Origin: Candidatus Magasanikiibacteriota bacterium
GTDB lineage: Bacteria > Patescibacteriota > Patescibacteriia > Magasanikbacterales > GWA2-37-8
Length of the DNA: 54,987 nt
NCBI GenBank assembly: GCA_030650025.1
Contig: JAUSEN010000016.1
Coordinates: forward strand, 75,428-130,414
Reading direction: 5' to 3'
How positions within the stretch are numbered: the first letter of the stretch is position 1; every line of letters begins with the position of its first letter. A model generated the notes under the pieces. The model did not search any database and was not told the DNA's origin. It saw nothing but the letters and a program-made list of their open reading frames with translations. A program made the translations under genes and the position numbers. Shown one piece after another: positions 17,706 to 26,273 of the stretch.

Positions 17706-17741
17706 AAAAAATCCCCTTCGACTACGCTCAGGGGATTTTTT
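17706..17741. terminator. Bidirectional intrinsic terminator with family G loop
   Basis: AAAAAATCCCCT-TCGACTACGCTC-AGGGGATTTTTT, between convergent thrS and the 17745..17945 ORF. Confidence 0.8.
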
Positions 17742-17744
17742 AAG

Positions 17745-17945
17745 TTACGCTTGCGCTTGTGTCGGTGGCCGTTCTGAAGGGTTATCTTCATGGCGGGGAA
17801 ATGGCTTTTCGTCAACACTTTCGGCTTCGAGTGCCGCCAGCTCTGCCGGACTTTTGCCTTTACGGATTTGTTCACCTCGAGCCAAGGCCGCTAAAAATTC
17901 AGGATCTTCTGACAATGGTTCAAATTGAGGCATTCCTTCACGCAT
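17745..17945 (-). CDS. Hypothetical small acidic protein (66 aa)
   Basis: Second gene of a two-gene minus-strand unit. Contains DPEFLAALARGEQIRKGK, reminiscent of the C-terminal tails of some antitoxins. No family was recognised. Confidence 0.4.
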   Translation of the reverse strand: MREGMPQFEPLSEDPEFLAALARGEQIRKGKSPAELAALEAESVDEKPFPRHEDNPSERPPTQAQA

Positions 17946-17974
17946 ATATTTTAAATTAAGATAAATAATGCAAC

Positions 17975-18181
17975 TTAATTAAGCGGCTCAGTTAGCCTAT
18001 CTGGCGTAAAAGGCGGGGTGTGTTTTTGACGGATTTTTTCTCTATCTAATTTAAGCCTAATTTCATCCAAGAGGTGCTCGCCTCTTGCCAGTAGTTCCCG
18101 CAGTTTCATATTCGTTTCTTCCAATTCTTGGATTTTAGGGTTTTCTGGAATGGACAGGGGCATTTCTTTTAATTGAGCCAT
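17975..18181 (-). CDS. Hypothetical small coiled-coil protein (68 aa)
   Basis: Preceded on the minus strand by TTGACA, 17 nt, then TATATT. Heptad-like sequence QELEETNMKLRELLARGEHLLDEIRLKLDREK. Confidence 0.45.
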   Translation of the reverse strand: MAQLKEMPLSIPENPKIQELEETNMKLRELLARGEHLLDEIRLKLDREKIRQKHTPPFTPDRLTEPLN

Positions 18182-18292
18182 AAGATGACAAATTAAAACT
18201 TATTAAAGATAATATAGCACATTTTAGGAGTTTTGTCAATAGGCATAGGCCGGTTGACGGATTGGCGCCTGATCTCTACAATAGTTATCTAT

Positions 18293-19300
18293 ATGACTTC
18301 TAGCCTCCTCCCCAAAATTATTGTTATTCTCGGGCCCACGGCTTCGGGCAAAACCGAGCTGGCTTTGCGTTTGGCCAAAGAATTTTCCGCCAAAGGCGGA
18401 CCAGCCTCTGGCTGGAATGGCGTTGAGATAATTTCGGCGGATTCGCGTCAGGTTTATAAGTATTTGAACATTGGGAGCGCCAAGCCAAGCGGTAAATGGG
18501 AGAAGTTACCTGATAGTGACGGCCAAGATAGTAATCAAGATAACGCTAATCAAGTTTACATGGTAGACGGAGTGCCGCATTACCTCATGGATATATTAGA
18601 CCCAGCGGAGAGTTTTAGCGTGGCTGATTTTAAACGCCTGGCTTTAGAAAAAATCGCGGATATTCAGAGGCGCGGGAAGATTCCTTTTATAGTGGGCGGC
18701 ACCGGCCTTTATATTCAGGCGTTGGTAGAGAACTGGGATATCGCGGGGGTTTTGCCTAATAAAGAATTGCGGGACGAGCTGGAGGCAAAAAGTTTGAGTG
18801 AGTTGATAAAACAGTTGGGAGTAGCGGACAAGCAATCGTTAAAAATTGTGGATCTTAAAAACAAGCGGCGCGTAATTAGGGCGCTCGAGGTAGCGCTGGG
18901 CGGCGGGGGGGCGGCGGCGCGACGCGGGAAACGTACCAAGAATAAGCTATTTGATTATTTAATGGTGGGAATTAATTGGCCACTCACTACTTTGCGCGAA
19001 CGGATTCAAGCGCGCTTGGCGGAGCAATTGGCGCGCGGATTTACCCTAGAAACCAAGAGTCTAATACGCGCCGGGTACAGTTTGGACTTGCCGAGTTTAA
19101 GTAGTCTTGGCTATAAGGAGATAGTGCGCTATTTGGCTGGCGAGATGACTGACCTTGAAGCCGAAGAAAAAATTGCCACGAATATTTGGCGTTATGCTAA
19201 GCGCCAAAACACTTGGTTTCGGCAGATGCCTGGAATCAACTGGATTAAGGGCGCGGATTATGACGAGTCTACCCGACTGATTCAACAGTTTCTGCGCTGA
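18293..19300 (+). CDS. miaA: tRNA dimethylallyltransferase
   Basis: P-loop ILGPTASGKT, then SADSRQVYKYLNIGSAKP and VGGTGLYIQAL. The ATG at 18293 is preferred because the track TTG at 18233 overlaps the promoter TTGACG-17-TACAAT (18254-18282). Confidence 0.9.
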   Translation: MTSSLLPKIIVILGPTASGKTELALRLAKEFSAKGGPASGWNGVEIISADSRQVYKYLNIGSAKPSGKWEKLPDSDGQDSNQDNANQVYMVDGVPHYLMDILDPAESFSVADFKRLALEKIADIQRRGKIPFIVGGTGLYIQALVENWDIAGVLPNKELRDELEAKSLSELIKQLGVADKQSLKIVDLKNKRRVIRALEVALGGGGAAARRGKRTKNKLFDYLMVGINWPLTTLRERIQARLAEQLARGFTLETKSLIRAGYSLDLPSLSSLGYKEIVRYLAGEMTDLEAEEKIATNIWRYAKRQNTWFRQMPGINWIKGADYDESTRLIQQFLR

Positions 19301-19303
19301 AAT

Positions 19304-21280
19304 TTAAGGCGTGGCCGCGGGAGGGGGAGTAGCGAGGGGCAATTCTTCGCTCAAGAAGTCTAACTTTTTACCGGTCACGGCGTCTTTAGCGGTGATATGA
19401 ACTTTAGAAATTAAAATGGTTTGGCTGGGGTTCCTTTTGTTAATAACCACGCTGAAGGGGAGGGTGGCGAGTTCCAGGCTCGTAGGTAGTTTAGGTATGG
19501 TCCAAAGCAGATTTTTGTCTGGTTGATTAAATACCACACTGCCGAGAGACGAGGAAGCGGTTTCCGCAAAAGTAATATCGCCAAATAAGCTAGCGCTAAC
19601 CACGACATCTTGGAGTTCATGAGCAGAGTTAGTAATGAGCCAATTAACATTGAATTGGGTTTTGTCCTGGTCGTTTTTGGCGGTAGTCACTTGGCTTTCA
19701 AAAGCGAGATCAGAAGAGCAGGTTATACCGATGGGCGCGCTAGAGAGCGATTGATTGGCGCCAGTGGTATCAGTAAAGACTAGCGAACCGAGAGCCGAGA
19801 TGGTGGAAGTGCCGAGAGCAGTCACATCAAAATTGGCTGTGGATTTTATCGGGAGGCGCAGGTCTACGATTGCCGCGGCGCCGGGTTTTAAGCGGGCTAG
19901 GGCCGGGAGTTGTTTACTCGTCCAAACAATGGTGCCGCGGCGAATGGAGTCGCTTCTTTGCTCGCCAATGATAGTGCCGTCGAGCGGGTCAGAGATCGCG
20001 GCCCAATCCAAGAGACTTTGTTTTTTTAAAGAGGGAGCGTCCAGGACCAATTTTAAAGCGGCATTTTTTATATCACGCGCGCTGTTATTTTTTACCTGCA
20101 AGGTGATGGTAAGCATTTCGCCAGGCTTTGAATCAAAATCTTTGGTAGTGCCATTGATGGCGAGGCTAATTGATAAATCATTATTTTCTACCGCTGTTGT
20201 TACGGCGCTCTCGGCTAGGCGGTAGGAGCTTTTGTTATCAAGATTAGTATAGAGCGCGGCTGCCAAGGGCGTAGATGAAACCTCGCTCGCGCTGGTAAAC
20301 GCGCCGGTTATTTTATAAGTCATTTCTAAAGGAGCGGTGGTAGTAGCCTCGGGCGGCGTTAAAAGCGCCCAGGCGCCGTTTACCAGGGCGGGGCTACTGC
20401 TGGTAAGATTAAAATTGCCCGGCCAGCTTGGTTTAATTGCTAAGCGGCCGCCGATATTTTGGAAATTTTTAACTTTGATGCTATAGCTAACGGGCGAACC
20501 GACCGTAGCGACGGCTGGGCCAGTGAGGGAGAGTAAGGCCTCACTGGCGGTTAAGTTAGTAATAGTACTGGCGACTTGTTCCAAAGTAGAGTTAAATTTT
20601 TCCGGTTGGTAATGAATAAACGCGCGCCAGGAGAATGCCGAGCCGGCATCGCCATAAGGCCGCCCGGTAATACTAATGGCACCGCGCCCATATGGAGGAA
20701 TCGTGCCGAGACGCCATTCATTATGGCCGGCATTTTCCGCGGGGGCAGAACTGGCTAGAAATACAAAACCATCGGGAGCGTAAACATTAAGGGTGGCGTT
20801 GTGCAGCGAGACTTTTTCCGTATTGATATAGGAAATAGTGTAAGTGGTGGTAGCGCCCACCGCAATTTTAGAGGGTCCGGTTAGACTAAAGTTCAGAGCA
20901 TCAGTAGTAATGGCGCTCGAAGTCCACCATAAAAATTTAGCCCAAATTAAACCGGCTGATAAAACCCCTAAGACTAAAAGGCCAATTAAAAAATTGAGCA
21001 GGGGGCGGGATTTTTTAACAGTAATGTTCTTCATGTCCGGCAGGGTTCCATCTGGTTCTTGGTAGATATTCGTGAGTTCGCGCGAAATATTCGCCGAGGT
21101 CTCGGCAGTGGTTGAAAGGATGGATCTTTCTTCCTCTCCATCTACCGGCAAGGGATTAGTGCTTTTAGGGCGAGCGGGTGTTGTTTTACCCTGCCTCATC
21201 GGCTCGCCTCGCTGACGCTTTGGCGAAGCGGGCAGGCGAGCGCGTGGTGTGCTGTGGCGTTTAGGGGTAGTTTCGGGCAT
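19304..21280 (-). CDS. Membrane-anchored surface protein with DUF11/CARDB-like repeats
   Basis: Has an Arg/Pro-rich cytoplasmic N-tail and one TM helix. These are followed by three or more repeats of the pattern LSLTGP..(A/V)..G....Y(T/S)I...N. The ATG at 21280 avoids overlap with the upstream gene; the track start is 21307. Confidence 0.6.
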   Translation of the reverse strand: MPETTPKRHSTPRARLPASPKRQRGEPMRQGKTTPARPKSTNPLPVDGEEERSILSTTAETSANISRELTNIYQEPDGTLPDMKNITVKKSRPLLNFLIGLLVLGVLSAGLIWAKFLWWTSSAITTDALNFSLTGPSKIAVGATTTYTISYINTEKVSLHNATLNVYAPDGFVFLASSAPAENAGHNEWRLGTIPPYGRGAISITGRPYGDAGSAFSWRAFIHYQPEKFNSTLEQVASTITNLTASEALLSLTGPAVATVGSPVSYSIKVKNFQNIGGRLAIKPSWPGNFNLTSSSPALVNGAWALLTPPEATTTAPLEMTYKITGAFTSASEVSSTPLAAALYTNLDNKSSYRLAESAVTTAVENNDLSISLAINGTTKDFDSKPGEMLTITLQVKNNSARDIKNAALKLVLDAPSLKKQSLLDWAAISDPLDGTIIGEQRSDSIRRGTIVWTSKQLPALARLKPGAAAIVDLRLPIKSTANFDVTALGTSTISALGSLVFTDTTGANQSLSSAPIGITCSSDLAFESQVTTAKNDQDKTQFNVNWLITNSAHELQDVVVSASLFGDITFAETASSSLGSVVFNQPDKNLLWTIPKLPTSLELATLPFSVVINKRNPSQTILISKVHITAKDAVTGKKLDFLSEELPLATPPPAATP

Positions 21281-21287
21281 AGATAAA

Positions 21288-23774
21288 TTATTTTTTGAAA
21301 GCCACACTCCAAATAGTGTCGCTATTTAATGAAGATAAATTAATCGCCACGCCATTATCCGCCAAGGTAACCTTGGGGCCGCTGTGCCAAGCCGGGCGCC
21401 ATTCAGGCGGAAGAATTACCTGACTTTCAAAAGCTGATTCCACGCCGGATTGCCGCATAACGACGAGCTGGTAGCGCCCAGTTTGCGGGAAGAGCAGGCT
21501 GGGCGAAAGCCAGCCTAAATCGCCTCGGTGGCTAGCGCGGATATTCCAGGCTTTAAATGGTAGGCGGTAAGAAAAACGGACGCGGCTAATGGTTCCGGGT
21601 TCGGTTACCACCCAATTGCCAAAAGCGTACTTGCCGAATTCTTTAGTGACGCGAGTGCCGGTATGTTCGTCGATGGCTATTTCTTGTTCGAGGTTGCTTA
21701 AGTTAGCATCTATTTTTGCCCAAGGGTAGGGAACGCGGAATAATTTTTCGTCTGGCCAGCTAAAGCCGCTCGCCGAGAGGAGGACACTGCCCGCGGGCAC
21801 GTAAAGCCTTAAATAATTAATGTTAGCTTGGTCATACAAAGGGTTGCCAGTGCTGCCCTGGTGTTCGCGAGTAATTTCTACGGTATTGATAATGCTGCCA
21901 TCGCCGCTAATAACGCTTTGATGAGAGATATTTTGTTTGATAGCGCGATCGCTTTTGCCGCCTTGGATATTGGCCGAGACGACATAGAGAAAATCTTGCG
22001 AGTTTGAAGTGCCGAGCAAGCGCCCGCTCCAGCCGTAGCGGTCAACCAAAGCCTCGGCGGCAGGATCCACAAAATAAGCTTGGATTTCTTTTTGTTTTAA
22101 AGCGTCGGCCAGGGTTACTAAAAGAGGCAACGCTGTCCCGGGCGTAACTTCGGAAAAATAATTTAATAAAGCCGGGCTGATTTCCGAGAGGATAGCCTTG
22201 GGTTTGTTAGATTTTCTCTCGGGCTCGCTTTCAATAATGGATTGGAGAGCGAGGATAGCGTTGTCCTTTGAAAATGCCAAGCCGCGTTCAGGGATATTAA
22301 CTGGCCCGGAGAGGGTTAAGAGGCGCTCTAATACGCGGCCATTAATGGCGATGACGCCGTCCAGCGTGACCGCGCGGCTGTGGCGATAAAACCAGAGCAG
22401 TTTTTCGGCGCTACTCGGGAAATCCGGGAACCAATTAGCGTCTTGGAACTCCCAGCGTTTATTAGCGAGGCTCAAAGGCAGGGGCGGCTCTAGGTAGGTG
22501 TCGAGCTGGCCTTGCAAGTCATAGCTCCCGCCGGGAGGGATTTCGAGGCTTAAGAGCTTGCCATCTTTAAAGTTAGCTAAGGCGAAACTGCCAATAAAGC
22601 CTCCGGTCGGCCTAATTTCGTGTTCGTTTTGAAACACCAAGAGATAGGTTCTTTGTCCATGGCCGCCAAAGATTTCGGCAATAGTGGCTTCCACGTCCAC
22701 CAATTCACTTAAGTCGTGGGTGATGCTCTCAAGGAGAGCGCGACCGATTAGCAAGTCGCTTTGGTAAGCGGCCGGGACTATCCCCGCGTCAATGTCTTTA
22801 AGATAAGAAGAGGCCAGGCGGTAATGAGGGAGAGCCAAACGCAAAGATTGTGAGAGCAGAGAGAGGCGCGCGAGCAAAGTGCTGGACGGATTAGCGGCGG
22901 GCAAGCCAGCGAGAAGTTTGGCGTTGCCAACGGCTAGTTCTTCGGCGGCTAAAACTAATTCTTGGCCACTGGTAACGCGGTTACCTATTAGCGGCAAGGT
23001 AGCAATAGTAGTTTGGAGCAGTGGGTGAGAAGAGCGGATGATCTCGGAGGCAGATCTAAGTTCGTTTAGAGCCAAGCCATTCCTTTGTTCCGCCAACGCC
23101 AAGTTGCCCTGAATAATCGCGGTGGTAGCTTCGGCTAATGACTTAAAACCACTCGTGCCAAAGACAGCTAGCTTGGCTAAGGAAGAGTGGAGATCCTCGT
23201 AATAGCTTAAGGCGAGGCGCGGCAAAGCGAACAGCGCGATAGCCGCGAGCGCGGCGCCAACGAGCTTATATTTAAATTCTTTTTTAAATAAACTAGATTG
23301 GAATAAAGAAGAAAATAAATTAGAGCGAGAGGGCAGTGCCGAGCGAGTCGGCCTTAAAGAAAAAATCTTATCTATTGAATTAGTGCTGGGTGGTGAAACT
23401 GGTTCTGGGCGTGGAGACGAAGTAGTATGCTTGGTTGGGGCGAGCGGGGGCGCCTCGGCCGGCGCTTCGTGGTAAAAGTGGTAGAGAGGACTTGGGGAAA
23501 CAGTCGGAGCCACGGATTCGATTTTATGCCAGGGGCTGGTATTAGTTTTTAAGTTTATTAAGTGCGCCGAGGTGACGGCGGGAGTTTGAACATGATGAAT
23601 AAAAAATTTTAAACCCGCCCCCTTAGAAGTTGGCGATTGAGTGGCAGCGGCAAGCGGGGGAGCGGCTTCGCAGGTGGCGCGGTTGTGCCCGACCGCGTGG
23701 CACGTTTTACAACGTCTTAAATTTTTTTTCGGCGGGTGTAAGCGAGGCATGAAAAAGAGAAGACCAAATAACAC
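21288..23774 (-). CDS. DUF4012 domain membrane protein with an N-terminal CCHC zinc knuckle
   Basis: Central IRPTGGFIGSFALANFKDGKL and surrounding regions resemble DUF4012 envelope proteins. The N-terminus carries CKTCHAVGHNRATC. An alternative ATG start is at 23750; the track start at 23774 is GTG. Confidence 0.65.
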   Translation of the reverse strand: MLFGLLFFMPRLHPPKKNLRRCKTCHAVGHNRATCEAAPPLAAATQSPTSKGAGLKFFIHHVQTPAVTSAHLINLKTNTSPWHKIESVAPTVSPSPLYHFYHEAPAEAPPLAPTKHTTSSPRPEPVSPPSTNSIDKIFSLRPTRSALPSRSNLFSSLFQSSLFKKEFKYKLVGAALAAIALFALPRLALSYYEDLHSSLAKLAVFGTSGFKSLAEATTAIIQGNLALAEQRNGLALNELRSASEIIRSSHPLLQTTIATLPLIGNRVTSGQELVLAAEELAVGNAKLLAGLPAANPSSTLLARLSLLSQSLRLALPHYRLASSYLKDIDAGIVPAAYQSDLLIGRALLESITHDLSELVDVEATIAEIFGGHGQRTYLLVFQNEHEIRPTGGFIGSFALANFKDGKLLSLEIPPGGSYDLQGQLDTYLEPPLPLSLANKRWEFQDANWFPDFPSSAEKLLWFYRHSRAVTLDGVIAINGRVLERLLTLSGPVNIPERGLAFSKDNAILALQSIIESEPERKSNKPKAILSEISPALLNYFSEVTPGTALPLLVTLADALKQKEIQAYFVDPAAEALVDRYGWSGRLLGTSNSQDFLYVVSANIQGGKSDRAIKQNISHQSVISGDGSIINTVEITREHQGSTGNPLYDQANINYLRLYVPAGSVLLSASGFSWPDEKLFRVPYPWAKIDANLSNLEQEIAIDEHTGTRVTKEFGKYAFGNWVVTEPGTISRVRFSYRLPFKAWNIRASHRGDLGWLSPSLLFPQTGRYQLVVMRQSGVESAFESQVILPPEWRPAWHSGPKVTLADNGVAINLSSLNSDTIWSVAFKK

Positions 23775-23814
23775 CTAGTATTAAGAAGTGCTGGTAGCTT
23801 AGTATTATTATACA

Positions 23815-24975
23815 CTATAATACTTGTTTTTGGTATGAGTCCCAAGTAGTTTTAGCCACAGATTCCCAAGAAAGAGAGGAAATTAAGTTTTGGCCGGATT
23901 TTATCAGGGCGGCGCGCTCGTTGTGATTGTTTAATAAGCGTAAAATTGTGTTGGCCATAGCCAGAGAGTCGGCGGGGTCGAAGTAAGCGGCGGCAGTTTT
24001 TAGTAATTCTGGCAAACAAGAAGAGTCGCTGGCCGCTACCGCCAGATTGTTTTGCATGGCTTCAAAGGCCGGGAGGGCCGAGCCTTCATAAAAAGAGGGG
24101 TGGACATAAAGCGTGGCATTTTGGTAGAGAGCCGGGAGGTCCGCGTCGTCTACAAAATCAGTATAAATTGCCCCAGATAGTTTTTTCCAGTCCGGGGAGT
24201 TAATTAAGCGATTGTAAAAGTAATTTTTTTTGCCTATAAAAACTAATTGGTATTGTTGGGGCGCTATTTTTTCTATCTGCGCCCAGGCTTTAACTAGCCC
24301 TTCTAAATTTTTGTGCGGGTAAGCCACGCCGACATATAAGGCGTAGGGTTTAGTTATTTTGTGTTTGGTGAGTAAGTTATGAGCGGTAGGTTGTTGTAGG
24401 CGGTAGGTTGTAGGTGGTGAGAGGGGCGCGGGGGCGAGCGGTGTTACAGTAATTTTGTTAGAATTTATTTTTGGGAAGTTTTTTAAAATATCTTGTTTAG
24501 AAAAATTGCTCGGCGTAAAAATATGCCGGCTATTTAAGATAGCGTGGTTGAGGATTTTTTTAAAAGCTAAATTTTTTAGCCAGTATTTTATTGGCCCGAG
24601 GGCGCTGGCGCGGCGGGAAGGATAATTGAGTAGGAGTAAGTCATGAATTGTCGTAACAAACGGACGACGGTAAAAAATGGGAATGTTCCAATGCGGCACG
24701 TGCAAGAGGTCGAGTTTGGCGCGATTAAAAATTCGGGGCAATAAAATTTGTTCGGAGAGCGAATACCAAGGGATATCAGCTAAGATTTTTTTAAAGCGCG
24801 GGTTTTGGGGCGAGTAGGCGTCCCAATTAGCGGAGCGTAAAAAAATACTAAATTCGGCTCCGGGATCGAGTATCTCCAGATGCGCGATTAGTTGTTGAAT
24901 ATAGCGGCCCAGGCCGCCTTGCTCGGGGCCGTAGAGTCGGGCGTCAATGCCGATTTTGGGTAAAGTTTTTTTCAT
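23815..24975 (-). CDS. Glycosyltransferase family 4 (GT-B, group 1)
   Basis: 386 aa. N-terminus KIGIDARLYGPEQGGLGRY and the C-terminal EX7E-type region (HPSFYEGSALPAFEAM). Confidence 0.85.
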   Translation of the reverse strand: MKKTLPKIGIDARLYGPEQGGLGRYIQQLIAHLEILDPGAEFSIFLRSANWDAYSPQNPRFKKILADIPWYSLSEQILLPRIFNRAKLDLLHVPHWNIPIFYRRPFVTTIHDLLLLNYPSRRASALGPIKYWLKNLAFKKILNHAILNSRHIFTPSNFSKQDILKNFPKINSNKITVTPLAPAPLSPPTTYRLQQPTAHNLLTKHKITKPYALYVGVAYPHKNLEGLVKAWAQIEKIAPQQYQLVFIGKKNYFYNRLINSPDWKKLSGAIYTDFVDDADLPALYQNATLYVHPSFYEGSALPAFEAMQNNLAVAASDSSCLPELLKTAAAYFDPADSLAMANTILRLLNNHNERAALIKSGQNLISSLSWESVAKTTWDSYQKQVL

Positions 24976-25058
24976 AATTATCCGTATTATAGCGTAATTA
25001 TTAATAAACAGCCACGGGCTTGCGAGGATACTCTAATTTAGAGTACAATAGTCCCAGT

Positions 25059-26264
25059 ATGTATTTAAGTAAAGTTTTAAATCGAACCGTGGTGGACAGT
25101 TCGGACGCGCGTATTGGTAAACTGGAGGACATACTAGTGTCGCCCGTGCCGGGCTCATACGCGCCGGTCACGTTTTTGCTTGTTAAAACGCGCCGCGGGG
25201 AGGAGCGTTTTATTCCGTTTGAAGCCGTGTCTAATTTGGGCGGGGACGGCGTGAGTTTAAAGTATTTGTTCGCGTCTTTGCCAGTGGTGGCGCCGCCTCA
25301 AGAGGCGATTCGGCTGGTGCGTGATGTTTTGGACCAGCAAATTGTGGACGTGGAAGGGGCGCGGGTGGTTCGGGTTAATGATTTAAAGTTTGGCACGGTC
25401 GGAGCCGCGCTTTCGGTGATTGGAATTGACGTGAGCTGGCGCGGAGTACTCCGGCGCCTCGGCCTTTCGGGCCTGGATATTTTTAACGTGTTTAAAATAA
25501 ACTTGATAGATTGGCGGAGCGCCGAGCCTCTCAAAGGCACACTTAAAATTGACACGGTTTCGCAAAAATTAACCACTATTCACCCGGCAGATTTAGCGAA
25601 TATCGTGGAAGACTTGAATGTTAAACAGGGCAGCCACCTGGTGAGCGCGCTGGATTCGAAAACAGCCGCGAAAGTAATCGAGGAAATGAGCCCGGAAATT
25701 CAGAGGCTAGTTATTCGCTACCTGGGGCCGGAGCGGGCTTCTAAAATTTTAGAGAGAATGTCCATAGACGAGGCCGTGGACCTTTTAAAAATGATGAGCG
25801 CGAGCGAAGCCAGGAAATTTTTGTCGTTTCTTCAAGATTTGCAGTCGAAGAAAATGGAGCGGCTCTTGGCGTATGAGAATGACACCGCGGGCGGTATGAT
25901 GACACTTGATTATGTAACGGCTCGGCCCGAGTGGACAGTGGCGGAAACCATTGACGAGATTAGGCGTGCCTCACCCCAGCTACGTTCTATTTTATATGTC
26001 TATATTACCGACGAGAAAAATAAACTCAAGGGAGCCGTATCGCTACGTACTCTAGTGGTGGCCAAGCCGGATCGTGCTCTCAAAGAAGTTATGAAACGAT
26101 TGCCTAAAAATTCTATTTTGCGTTTACACGACCATGTTAACCGGATCGTGCGCGTGATGACGAAATATAATCTTTTTACGGCCGCGATTGTGGACCATGA
26201 TCATAAATTGGCCGGGGTTTTAACGATTGATGACGTGATGCGCCATTTGGTGCCGAATGCCTAA
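25059..26264 (+). CDS. Soluble PRC-barrel + MgtE N-terminal domain + CBS-pair protein (MgtE cytosolic module without a membrane domain)
   Basis: PRC-like N-terminus (VVDSSDARIGKLEDILV). The MgtE_N-like helical region has HPADLANIVEDL and a KVIEEMSPE..ILERMSIDEAVDLL pattern. A CBS pair follows (MMTLDYVTARPEW..., LFTAAIVDHDHKLAGVLTIDDVM). No TM segments. The ATG at 25059 lies 10 nt after TACAAT. Confidence 0.8.
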   Translation: MYLSKVLNRTVVDSSDARIGKLEDILVSPVPGSYAPVTFLLVKTRRGEERFIPFEAVSNLGGDGVSLKYLFASLPVVAPPQEAIRLVRDVLDQQIVDVEGARVVRVNDLKFGTVGAALSVIGIDVSWRGVLRRLGLSGLDIFNVFKINLIDWRSAEPLKGTLKIDTVSQKLTTIHPADLANIVEDLNVKQGSHLVSALDSKTAAKVIEEMSPEIQRLVIRYLGPERASKILERMSIDEAVDLLKMMSASEARKFLSFLQDLQSKKMERLLAYENDTAGGMMTLDYVTARPEWTVAETIDEIRRASPQLRSILYVYITDEKNKLKGAVSLRTLVVAKPDRALKEVMKRLPKNSILRLHDHVNRIVRVMTKYNLFTAAIVDHDHKLAGVLTIDDVMRHLVPNA

Positions 26265-26273
26265 ACAGGAGTT

